From: Chiloscyllium plagiosum
Taxonomy: Eukaryota
Assembly (NCBI RefSeq): GCF_004010195.1
Contig: NC_057720.1
Coordinates: 264,655 to 284,654, forward strand
Direction of reading: 5' to 3'
DNA length: 20,000 nucleotides
Positions 10,114-19,749 of the stretch are shown in pieces. The notes beneath the pieces were generated by a model that worked only from the letters and a program-made list of their open reading frames with translations, had not been told where the DNA came from and made no database searches. The number at the start of each line of letters is the position of its first letter. Position 1 is the stretch's first letter. A program made the translations under genes and the position numbers.

Positions 10114-12250
10114 AACATAGAACATAACAGCGCAGTACAGGCCCTTCGGCCCTCGATGTTGCGCCACCCTGTCATACCAATCTGAAGCCCATCCCACCTA
10201 CACTATCCCATGTACGTCCATATGTCTGTCCAATGACGACTTAAATGTACTTAAACTTGGCGAATCTACTACCATTGCAGGCAAAGCATTCCATACCCTT
10301 ACTATTCTCTGAGTAAAGAAACTACCTCTGGCATCTGTCCTATATCTATCACCCCTCAATTTAAAGCTATGCCCCCTCGTGCTCGCCGTCACCATTCTTG
10401 GAAAAAGGCTCTCCCTGTCCACCCTATCTAACCCTCTGATTAGCTCATATGTCTCTATTAAGTCACTTTTCAACCTTCTTCTCTCTAACAAAACAGCCTC
10501 AAGTCCCTCAGCCTTTCTTCATAAGACCTTCCCTCCCTAGCAGGCAGCATCCTAATAAATCTCCTCTGAACCCTTTCCAAAGCTTCCACATCCTTCTCAT
10601 AACGCGGTGACCAGAACTGTACACAATACTCCAAGTGCGGCCGCACCAGAGTTTTGTACAGCTGTAGCATAACCTCATGGTTCCGGAACTCGATCCCTCT
10701 ATTAATAAAAGCTAAAACACTGTATGCCTTCTTAACAACCCTGTCAACCTGGGTGGCAACTTTCAAGGATCTTTGTACCTGGACACCAAGATCTCTCTGC
10801 TCATCTACACTACCAAGAATCTTACCATTAGCCCAGTACTTTGCATTCCGGTTACTCCGACCAAAGTGAATCACCTCACACTTGTCCGCATTAAACTCCA
10901 TTTGCCACCTCTCAGCCCAGCTCTGCAGCTTATCTATGTCTCTCTGTAACCTACNNNNNNNNNNNNNNNNNNNNNNNNNNNNNNNNNNNNNNNNNNNNNN
11001 NNNNNNNNNNNNNNNNNNNNNNNNNNNNNNNNNNNNNNNNNNNNNNNNNNNNNNNNNNNNNNNNNNNNNNNNNNNNNNNNNNNNNNNNNNNNNNNNNNNN
11101 NNNNNNNNNNNNNNNNNNNNNNNNNNNNNNNNNNNNNNNNNNNNNNNNNNNNNNNNNNNNNNNNNNNNNNNNNNNNNNNNNNNNNNNNNNNNNNNNNNNN
11201 NNNNNNNNNNNNNNNNNNNNNNNNNNNNNNNNNNNNNNNNNNNNNNNNNNNNNNNNNNNNNNNNNNNNNNNNNNNNNNNNNNNNNNNNNNNNNNNNNNNN
11301 NNNNNNNNNNNNNNNNNNNNNNNNNNNNNNNNNNNNNNNNNNNNNNNNNNNNNNNNNNNNNNNNNNNNNNNNNNNNNNNNNNNNNNNNNNNNNNNNNNNN
11401 NNNNNNNNNNNNNNNNNNNNNNNNNNNNNNNNNNNNNNNNNNNNNNNNNNNNNNNNNNNNNNNNNNNNNNNNNNNNNNNNNNNNNNNNNNNNNNNNNNNN
11501 NNNNNNNNNNNNNNNNNNNNNNNNNNNNNNNNNNNNNNNNNNNNNNNNNNNNNNNNNNNAGCGCCCTAACTGAGCCTTCACATCTCATCCTAACATAAGC
11601 CTTCTTCTTCCTCTTGACCAGAGATTCCACTTCCTTTGTAAACCACGGCTCCAGCGCTCTACAGCTTCCTCCCTGCCTGACAGGTACACACTTATCTAGA
11701 TCACACAGTAGCTTTTCCTTGAATAAGCTCCACATTTCTAATGTGCCCATCCCCTGCAGTTTCCTTCCCCATCCTATGTTTCCTAAATCTTGCCTAATCA
11801 CATCGTACTTGCCTTTCCCCCAGCTGTAACTCTTGCCCAGTGGTATACACCTATCCCTTTCTATCACTAAAGTAAACATAACAGAATTGTGATCGCTATC
11901 ACCAAAGTGCTCACCTACTTCCAAGTCTAACAATTGGCCGGGCTCATTATCCAGTACCAAATCTAATGTGGCTTCTTCACCCCTTGTTGGCCTGTCTACA
12001 TACTGTGTCAAGAAGCCCTCCTGCACACACTGGACAAAAACTGACCCATCTATAGTACTCGTACTGTAGTGATCCCAGTCAATATTTGGAAAGTTGAAGT
12101 CCCCCATGACAACTATCCTGTCTCTCTCACTCCTATCGAGAATCATCTTTGCTATCCTTTCCTCTACATCTCTGGAACTATTCGGAGGCCTATCGAAAAG
12201 TCCCAGCAGGGTGACCTCTCCTTTCCTGTTTCTAACTTCAGCCCATACTA
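10114..12250 (-). mobile_element. Young CR1-clade LINE ORF2 (APE endonuclease to 3' tail), spanning an assembly gap
   Basis: EN motifs VVMGDFNFPNIDW, TLDLVL and SDHN; C-terminal LYKTLVRPHLEYCVQFWSP; (tctatgt)n tail. Possible short TSD CAACTG at 10108-10113 / 12252-12257. Confidence 0.95.
10955..11559. other. Assembly gap (605 N)
   Basis: Run of N. Confidence 1.
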
Positions 12251-12257
12251 TCAACTG

Positions 12258-12560
12258 CTTTAATTTCCCTCCCTTCTCCTTCCCCACAGCCCTCCGTGAT
12301 GTTCCTTTCCCTGTATCCCCCTGATTCCCACGTGAAAGCTATGAGTTAATCTGCTCCCATCACCCTTCCATATCTCAACAACTCACTGTGTAAAACAATC
12401 CCCCTCCCCTCCCCCTCTTGGGCTTTTCCCGATTCCCTTCAATCTGTCTCCCTCTGCTCTCTCACCCTCCTGCCCCTGGAAACACTTTCTCCTGATTTAC
12501 TCCATCAAACTCTCTCCCTGATTTTGAACATCTTGGTTAAACCCCTGGGTTCTGTGCTCT
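12258..12560 (-). mobile_element. Older decayed CR1-like 3' region, probably continuous with 10040-10107
   Basis: Degenerate matches to the CR1 C-terminus: ttccatatctcaacaactcactgtgtaaaa and actccatcaaactctctccctgattttgaaca. Confidence 0.5.
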
Positions 12561-12889
12561 ATTTAATTCCAGAGTACGAAGACAGTACCCTTCAGTTTCC
12601 TGGTGCACACTCAGTGACTGCGTGTAGAGTGAAATGCAAAACACTGACTGCTCCCCAATCAGAAGCTAAATCAAAACCTTGACTTTTTTTTCAAGAAGGT
12701 TGAATTGAGAAGTTGGGTTGTTACACAAAATCTGTACTGAACTTTGATTAGACTTCACTGAAAGCCCTCAGCCTCCCCTTCTGGACACAATATAGAATTC
12801 AACAATTTTAGGGCCGGAGCACCTTCCCCCTGTCCTTCCCCACCCCCCTCCCTCACACACCAGGCTCTGTCAGCACATGGGCTGCTAGC

Positions 12890-13163
12890 ACACACAACCC
12901 ATTGTCAGCTATTAATAACAATCCCCATTAGCAGCTTCATGCCCCCAGACTGACCTTTATCCACTCCTTTCTCTATCCAACGGTTTCTCTCTCTCTTTGG
13001 GTTCTGTCCTCACGCCCACCCTATCTCCTGCATGTACACCAACATCTTCTGAGCTACCATCAGCTCTGAAGGAGGGTCACTGGACCCGAAACATTAACTC
13101 TGATTTCTCTCTCCACAGATGCTGCCAGACCTGCTGAGATTTTCCAGCAATTTCTGTTTTTGT
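12890..13163 (+). mobile_element. PLE 3' terminus (third variant) with hammerhead-like motif
   Basis: CTGAAGGaGGGTCactgGACCCGAAAcatt at 13066-13095, followed by cacagatgctgccagacctgctgagattttccagca. Confidence 0.75.
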
Positions 13164-13689
13164 CTCTCTCTGTCTGTCTGTCTCTCACTGTATCGCTGTC
13201 TGTCTCTAACCCTCTTTCTCACACCTTTTTAGTTGCTCGATAAATGCACCTTCTTCATTGGTCTTTGGGTCACGACACAACATCTCCTGTCTTGTCTTGA
13301 TATTCAGTTTGATTGGAGAGTACTCGAGTGATCCCCAAAGGGATTTTAATGAGATTGCAGGCATTGTGTATAAATTGTTTAGCTCTGATCTTCCAGTTGA
13401 CATTTGAATTCTCCACCTGATTTTCACACTGACATTTCTGTTCTTGGTCTCCTGCCAAATGCCAGTCTTTATCTTGTTTTCCTGTTTCTATTCAATTCTC
13501 TCAGCGATGTCCTTCATTCAGCTAATGAACGCCGGACCATGGCTTTGTGACTTAGCTCCAACCATGATCATTTCCTTTACTTTATGGTCCATCACATCAT
13601 TGATATTTAATCTCTCCCATCCTTAAACCAATCCCAGAACATTCTAGATGTTCGACCTAACCCTCTAGGTTTTCCAAAAGTATAAAATA

Positions 13690-13817
13690 CCAATTAGATT
13701 TCTAACCCCTTTCAGTTTGGAAGAAGTGATACCAGACTCAAAACATTAACTGTCTCTCTCTCTCTCTCTCTCTCCACAGTTGCTGCCAGACCTGCTGTGT
13801 TTCTCCAGCATTCTCTG
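13690..13817 (+). mobile_element. Decayed PLE 3' terminus with (CT)n
   Basis: gaagaagtgataccagactcaaaacattaactg(tc)n cacagttgctgccagacctgctgtgtttctccagca is homologous to 13060-13160. Confidence 0.7.
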
Positions 13818-13872
13818 CATGTATTATCAGCGCCTCCCTAGAGTTTCAGTTTTATTATTTTTGGAGGATTAC

Positions 13873-13980
13873 CTGAAGACCAATTGGCCCGGGTGGACCA
13901 GGGAATCCCCGTGGTCCTTCGTCACCTTTCTGTCCGAACATTCCCTGCTGACCTCTGGGACCCGGCTCCCCATCTCCACC
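13873..13980 (-). CDS. Clade-B fibrillar collagen triple-helix exon, 108 bp
   Basis: The minus strand reads gag|GGT GGA GAT...GGT CTT CAG|gtaatc, giving [36 protein letters not shown]. This is nearly identical to the recalled COL11A1/COL5A1 segment. 108 bp, phase 0. Confidence 0.96.
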
Positions 13981-14189
13981 CTCGAGAAAAGAACACAAAC
14001 ACAGTTCAGTCTCTGGCCGTAGGATAACATCACCAATGGAAAGGAAACATGATGCAAGACAAGGGGATTCTAAGCAAAGATTGGAGGGGGGGAGGCAGGT
14101 GTTCAAAGAAGGTCATTACTCTTCGGAATTCTCTTGAAAAGGCCCCAAGGCAGAGGGAGTTCAACAATGTTGACATTCACAGTAGACAA

Positions 14190-14453
14190 GCAGGAGGCTG
14201 GGAGAACACAGCAAGGCAGGCAGCATCAGGAAGGATAGGCAGGAGGCTGGGAGAACACAGCAAAGCAGGCAGCATCAAGAAGGAGAGGCAGGAGGCTGGG
14301 GGAACACAGCAAGGCAGGCAGCATCAGGAGGGACAGGCAGGAGGATGGGGGAACACAGCAAGGCAGGCAGCATCAAGAAGGAGAGGCAGGAGGCTGGGGG
14401 AACACAGCAAGGCAGGCAGCATCAGGAGGGACAGGCAGGAGGCTGGGGGAACA
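14190..14453. repeat. 49-bp minisatellite, about 5.4 copies
   Basis: Unit starts (gcaggagg) at 14190, 14239, 14288, 14337, 14386 and 14435. Confidence 0.95.
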
Positions 14454-14519
14454 TTATTAATTTATGAGTTAGTTACTGCAGTACAGAGGAGCAATTGTTG
14501 GAAGGATCTTCAAATGAGG

Positions 14520-15100
14520 CTTTGCAGGTAGAGTTTAGGAACAAAGAGAGGACAGTGACATTGCTGGGAGTGTATTATACAGCCCCCCCACCCCCCCAAC
14601 ATCCAGAGGGCAATAGGGGAGCAGATTATAGAGACAATTTACTGAGCTGCGTAAGAACAATAACAAGGTAATTATGTCAGAAGATTTAAACATCCCCAAC
14701 CTTAATTGTGATAGTCGTTGTGTAAGGGGTTTAGAGGGACAGCTTTCTTGAAATGTGTTGAGGAGAGCTTTTTATATCACCATGAAGATAGCCCACAAGG
14801 GGCGGTACAGTGCGGAATATCACTCTGGGGAGTGAAGCCGGAGAGGTGTTTGAGGTGACCACGTGGAAGCATTTTTGTGATCAAACGACAGAGAGAAGCA
14901 AGAGTGAACATAGGCCCCTGAGAGAATGAAAATGGGGAAACAGTAACAGGGTATGAGGAAATGGCAGAGCAGTTAAATAAATACTTCACGGTGGAAGACA
15001 CTAATAGCGTTCCAAAATTACAAAATAATCAAGGACCAAATAACTCTCCACAGAAAGCACGAGAGAAACTAACGGGAATAAAGTAAGATAAATCCCCAAG
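14520..15100 (+). mobile_element. Decayed CR1 fragments (endonuclease and linker)
   Basis: VEFRNK..VTLLGVYY.PP-like and DLNIPNLN remnants; 14890-15000 resembles 1135-1250. Confidence 0.7.
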
Positions 15101-15101
15101 C

Positions 15102-15975
15102 GTTTTTTATTCCTTCATTCATGAGACGTGGGGGTCACTGGCTGGCCCACATTTGCTGCCATCCCTAATTACTCTGGGGAATTAGATTAGATTAGATTAC
15201 TTACAGTGTGGAAACAGGCCCTTCGGCCCAACAAGTCCACACCGCCCCGCCGAAGCGCAACCCACCCATACCCCTACATGTACCCCTTACCTAACACTAG
15301 GGGCAATTTAGCATGGCCAATTCATCTAACCTGCTCATCTTTGGACTGTGGGAGGAAACCGGAGCACCCGGAGGAAACCCACGCAGACACGGAAAGAACG
15401 TGCAAACTCCACACAGTCAGTCGCCTGAGCCGGGTCTCTAGCGCCGTGAGGCTGCAGTGCTAGCCACTGTGCCACCGTGCCGCCCACAAAGGTGGGGGAA
15501 GGTGGGGGTGAGCTGTTTTCATCTGCTGTGGGTTGACCCACAATGCCCTTAGGGAGGGAATTCCAGGATTTTGATCCAGTGACAGTGAAGGAACGGTGAT
15601 ATATTTCCATGTCAGGATTGTGAGTGGCTTGGAGGGAAACTTGAAGATGATGGTGTTCCTCTGTATCTGTTGCCTTTGTTTTTTAGATGGAAGTGGTCAT
15701 GTGTTTGGAAGGTGCTGCCTGAGGATCTTTGGTGAATTCCTACAGAGCATCTTGTAGATGGTACACACTGCTGCTACTGAGCGTCAGTGGTGGAGAGAGG
15801 GGATATTTGTGGATGCTGAGCCAATCAAATGGCCTGCCTTGTCCTGGATAGTGTCAAGTTTCTTGAGTGGAGCTGCCCCCATCCAGGGGCAAGTGGGGAG
15901 TATTCCATCACACTCCTGACTTGTGCCTTGTAGAATTTGGACAGGCTTTGGGGAATCAGGAGGTGAGTTACTAGG
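15102..15975 (-). mobile_element. CR1/L2-group LINE 3' fragment interrupted by a SINE
   Basis: Minus-strand peptides SKFYKAQVRSVMEYSPLA and SFTVTGSKSWNSLP; poly-T-like tail at about 15103. Confidence 0.75.
15181..15485 (-). mobile_element. HE1-type V-SINE (tRNA-derived)
   Basis: Minus strand: head GGGCGGCACGGTGGCACAGTGG (A box), V-domain TGTGTGGAGTTTGCACGTTCT...GGGTTTCCTCCGGGTGCTCCGGTTTCCTCCCACA, LINE-like tail gggccgaagggcctg and (taatc)n. The B box appears deleted. Confidence 0.9.
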
Positions 15976-16519
15976 AGTGGGGTTGGGGTTGTGATGTCAG
16001 GAACAAGGGGGAAACTCCTTAAAATCTGATGGGAGTTCTGGAACTCGTTCCCACAGGCAGCTGTGGAGACTTTGGCTGTAGGACATCTCCAATTGGCTGT
16101 GGCTATGTTTATGCACAAATGATGCAATGCCTCATGAGATTTTGTCTTTATTTATTCTGAGGAAGATTCTAACTCAAATCTGCAACTACATTCTCCAACT
16201 GTGTAATACTGTCCAAACATCTCGAAGCCCTCAGAAAAGACATCAGGTGGGTTTTGTGTTGGAGAACCTTCTCTTTGTGTTTGCTCCTCAATGGCTGTCC
16301 ACTAACTCATCGAAACACAAGAAAACCCTACACAAGGTTCCACTGGTCTTCCTGGTCAGCGAGTTCCTGTTACCGGTTTGTGAAAACTAAGAGGATCATT
16401 AGAGCAATGTTAGAGATCTCCCATAACCAACGAGATGTAAGAACGCACTGTAGCGGCTAATCCAGGGAATCCAAGCAATCCAGGGTATGGGAAGAAATGG
16501 AAAAGGCACTAGAATTCAA

Positions 16520-16600
16520 TGACCAGCAATGATCATCTGCAATGGCAGAGGCGGCTTGAGGGGCCAAATGGCCTATTCCTGCTCTGGCTTTGGATGTTTC
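16520..16600 (+). mobile_element. CR1-type 3' UTR stub
   Basis: atgatc...aatggcagaggcggcttgaggggccaaatggcctattcctgctc. Confidence 0.6.
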
Positions 16601-16678
16601 GATGAATTGCCTCCCATTATTTTGATGAGCATTGTCCTTGTTGTAGAATTACCAGTGACAGCAAGGGCAGTGACTTAC

Positions 16679-16732
16679 TGCTGGTCCAGGCTGTCCAATA
16701 GGTCCTTGAAGACCATGAGGTCCAGGAGGTCC
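16679..16732 (-). CDS. Clade-B fibrillar collagen triple-helix exon, 54 bp
   Basis: The minus strand reads cag|GGA CCT CCT...GGA CCA GCA|gtaagt, giving GPPGPHGLQGPIGQPGPA. It has a polypyrimidine tract upstream and continues the previous exon in the expected order. Confidence 0.95.
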
Positions 16733-16864
16733 CTGAGGAAAGAGACAAAAGGAAAGAGGTGAAGCCAGTACTGGGCTGTCGCACAAAACCAGGCTCCAAG
16801 GTTAAACTGTCAGACAGGGTGACCTGCTCCAAGCCTGCACCGTCATGGAATGGATTTCCTGAAT

Positions 16865-16957
16865 CAGCCTGTTCAGGATGTTTTAACACAACTCGGGACC
16901 AGGTGGGACTTGAACCCAGGCATCCTGGATCAGAGATAGGGACAATATTACTGCACA
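16865..16957 (-). mobile_element. tRNA-derived SINE head fragment
   Basis: Minus strand gtgcagtaatattgtccctatctctgatccaggatgcctgGGTTCAAGTCCcacc contains a Pol III B box. Confidence 0.6.
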
Positions 16958-17209
16958 ACAACATTCCCTTGAGGACACTCAGCGCTGACATGAGTAAAGA
17001 CGACAATGGTAGCTCAGTAAGGCCTGGGAAGATGCTGAGCTGGTTCAGGTGACACAGCGAGAGGCTGAAGGGAATCTTGGGCTTGTCCATCAAGGTTCAG
17101 CTCGCACTGGGAGCATCCCAGACAGAGGGAATGGGTGAAAGCTGTGCCATAGCAACAAGGCCCCACTCTGAAAGAACACCCAGAAACAGTGAAGGCTTCC
17201 CCACCAGAT

Positions 17210-17423
17210 GGTCAGTGCTGAGGGGGTGCCGCACTGTCAGAGGGTCAGTGCTGGGGGAGTGCCACACTGTCAGAGGGTCAGTGCTGGGGAGATGCCGCAC
17301 TGTCAGAGGGTCAGTGCTGGGGGAGTGCCGCACTGTCAGAGGGTCAGTGCTGAGGGGGTGCCGCACTGTCGGAGGGTCAGTGCTGAGGGAGTGCCGCACT
17401 GTCGGAGGGTCAGTGCTGAGGGA
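17210..17423. repeat. 33-bp minisatellite, about 6.4 copies
   Basis: gtcagtgctg recurs at 17211, 17244, 17277, 17310, 17343, 17376 and 17409. Confidence 0.97.
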
Positions 17424-17561
17424 TTGGAGTTTGATACAAACAGGACTTTTTGTGAAAATGCTGAGTTACTGGAGACTTCTGAATGGAGCCACGTGCTGTA
17501 AAACAGCAGAGAGGGAGGAACCATGGGAATATTTCCATCAGGAATCAGTCGCCTCACTCAC

Positions 17562-17615
17562 CTGCTCCCCTTTTGATCCTTTTGTTCCTTTCTGACCAGG
17601 TTCCCCAACCTCACC
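17562..17615 (-). CDS. Clade-B fibrillar collagen (type V/XI alpha chain) triple-helix exon, 54 bp
   Basis: The minus strand reads cag|GGT GAG GTT...GGG GAG CAG|gtgagt, giving GEVGEPGQKGTKGSKGEQ. It is a 54-bp phase-0 Gly-X-Y exon with canonical splice sites and matches the GEIGEPGQKGSKGDKGE(N/Q) segment of COL11A1/COL5A1. Confidence 0.95.
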
Positions 17616-17645
17616 CTGTGGGAACAAACAATCAAATGAAAGCTT

Positions 17646-19222
17646 CATAGAACATAGAACAGTACAGACCCTTCGGCCCTTGATGTTGTGCCGATCCTTT
17701 ATCCTACTCGAAGATCAAACTAACCTACGTGCCCTTCATTGTACTATCATCCATGGGCCTATCCAAGAGTCTCTTAAATGTCCCTAATGTCTCTGACCCT
17801 ACTACCACCGCTGGCAGTGCATTCCACACCCCCCCCCCCCCCCCACTCTCTGTGTAAAGAATCTACCTCTGACATCACCCCTAAACCTTCCTCCAATCAC
17901 CTTAAAATGATGCCCTCTCGTAATAGCCCTTTCCACCCTGGGAAAAAGTCCCTGGGTATCCACTTTGTCTATGTCTCTCAACATCTTGTACACCTCTATC
18001 AAGTCGCCTCTCATCCTTTTTTGCTCTAATGAGAAAGCCCTAGCTCCCTCAACCTTTCTTCATAAGATACACCCTCCAGTACCGGCAGCATGCTGGGAAA
18101 TCTCTTCTGCACCCTCTCTAAAGCTTCCACATCCTTCCTACAAAGAGGCAACCAGAACTGAACACAATATTCCAAGTGTGGTCTAACCAGGACTTTATGG
18201 ATCTGCAGCATAACCTCATGGCTCTTAAACTCAATCCCCCTGCTCATGAAAGCCAACACACCATCACCTTCTTAACAACCCTATCACCTTGGGTGGCAAC
18301 TTTGAGGGATCTATAGACATGGACCCCCAGATCCTGCTGTTCCTCCACACTGCCAAGAATCCTGCCTTTGAACTGTATTCTGCATTCAAATTTGACCTTC
18401 CAAAATGAATCAATTCACACTTTTCCAGGTTGAACTCTATCTGCCACTTATCAGCCCAGTTCTGCATCCTGTCAATGTCCCACTGCAGCCTACAACAGAC
18501 CTCCAGACTATCCACAACTCCACCAACCTTCGTATCATCGGCAAATTTACTAACCCACCCTTCCATTTCCTCATCCAAGTCATTTCCAAAAATCACAAAG
18601 AGCAGAGGTCCCAGAGCCAATCCCTGTGGAACACCACTGGTCACTGAGTTCCAGGCTGAATACTTTCCATCTACTACCACCCTCTGTCTTCTATGGGCCA
18701 GCCAATTCTGTATCCAGACAGACCGGTTTCCCTGTATCCCATGCCTCCTTACTTTCTGAATGAGCCTACCATGGGGAACCTCATCAAATGCCTTGCTAAA
18801 ATCTATATACACCGCACCCACTACTCTACCTTCATCAATGTGTTTTGTCACATCCTCAAAGAATTCAATCAGGTTTATGAGGAATGACCTGTCCCTCTCA
18901 AGGCCATGCTGACTATCTCTAACAAACTATGTTTTCCAAGTTATCATAAATCCTGTCTCTCAGAATCCTCTACAACACCTTGCCCACTATTGATGTAAGA
19001 CTGACTGGTCTGTAATTCCCAAGATTATCCTTATTCTTTTTCTTGAACAAGGGAATAACATTTGCCACCCTCCAATGATCTGGCAGACTCCAGTGGACAG
19101 TGAGGATGCAAAGATCATCACCAAAAGTGCAGCAATCTCTTCCCTCGCTTCCTGTAGCAACCTTAGATATATCCCATCTGGCCCAGGGGACTTATCTATC
19201 TTTATATTTTTCAAACTTTTTA
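17646..19222 (-). mobile_element. 5'-truncated CR1-clade LINE (RT to 3' tail)
   Basis: Peptides YIDFSKAFDEVPHGRL, SGVPQGLALGPLLF, SKFADDTKVGG and LVRPHLEYCVQFW; (catagaa)n tail at 17646; frameshifted. Confidence 0.95.
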
Positions 19223-19600
19223 GCATCATCCTGCTTTGGTGCAGTTTCACCAATCCCAACCTCTATTCCCCAAGTGATCAACCTATGGCTCAATACTCCA
19301 GAAATTCGGAATTACCAATGATCCCAAGGCAATGTCTTTATAAAACTAATCGGGACTAGGAATTCGTTACTGGAATTGGGCTTTGATCTTGAATTTGAAA
19401 TAAACACCAGGACCAGACACTGGAATAAATCACAATATTGAGAATGATCCAGTGATTGGGAAGAAATCCCAGATCTGGTGGTCTCTCCCTAAATTGGAAG
19501 ATCCCCCATATTGCATATTTATGCCAGAAATGAAGATTAATCGCAGAAATGGGATCATCAATTGGTCATTTCTGCTGGGATGGGTAACTCACTTTGACTG

Positions 19601-19692
19601 AAAATGTGTTGCTGGAAAAGCGCAGCAGGTCAGGCAGCATCCAGGGAACAGGAGAATCGACGTTTCGGGCATAAGCCCTTCTTCAGGAATCC
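19601..19692 (-). mobile_element. 92-bp PLE terminal insertion with perfect 16-bp TSD
   Basis: TAACTCACTTTGACTG occurs at 19585-19600 and 19693-19708, and the insert matches the PLE terminus. Confidence 0.92.
19653..19692 (-). ncRNA. Minimal type I hammerhead ribozyme (PLE-type), core intact
   Basis: The minus strand reads GGAUUC-CUGAAGA-A-GGGC-UUAU-GCCC-GAA-A-CG-U-C-GAUUCU, with both catalytic boxes, stem II, a palindromic ACGU in place of stem III and a GUC cleavage triplet. Confidence 0.75.
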
Positions 19693-19749
19693 TAACTCAC
19701 TTTGACTGCACACCGAGTGGATCAGTAAATCTCAGACTGAACCCCTCAA

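Noticed and set aside
10485..12287. 600-aa ORF and overlapping poly-X ORFs
   Set aside because: Their length is an artefact of the N gap; the real parts are CR1 ORF2.
14049..14531. 160-aa ORF, and similar ORFs at 17077-17595 and 19771-19998
   Set aside because: They are open only because they run through stop-poor minisatellites.
16336..16362. Plus-strand GSTGLPGQR collagen-like triplets
   Set aside because: Wrong strand for the host gene, only three triplets and no exon structure.
16865..16957. tRNA gene
   Set aside because: Only a B box with no complete cloverleaf; better explained as a SINE head.
17210..17423. CRISPR-like periodicity in the 33-bp array (and the 49-bp array at 14190)
   Set aside because: The units are contiguous with no unique spacers, there are no cas genes, and the context is eukaryotic.
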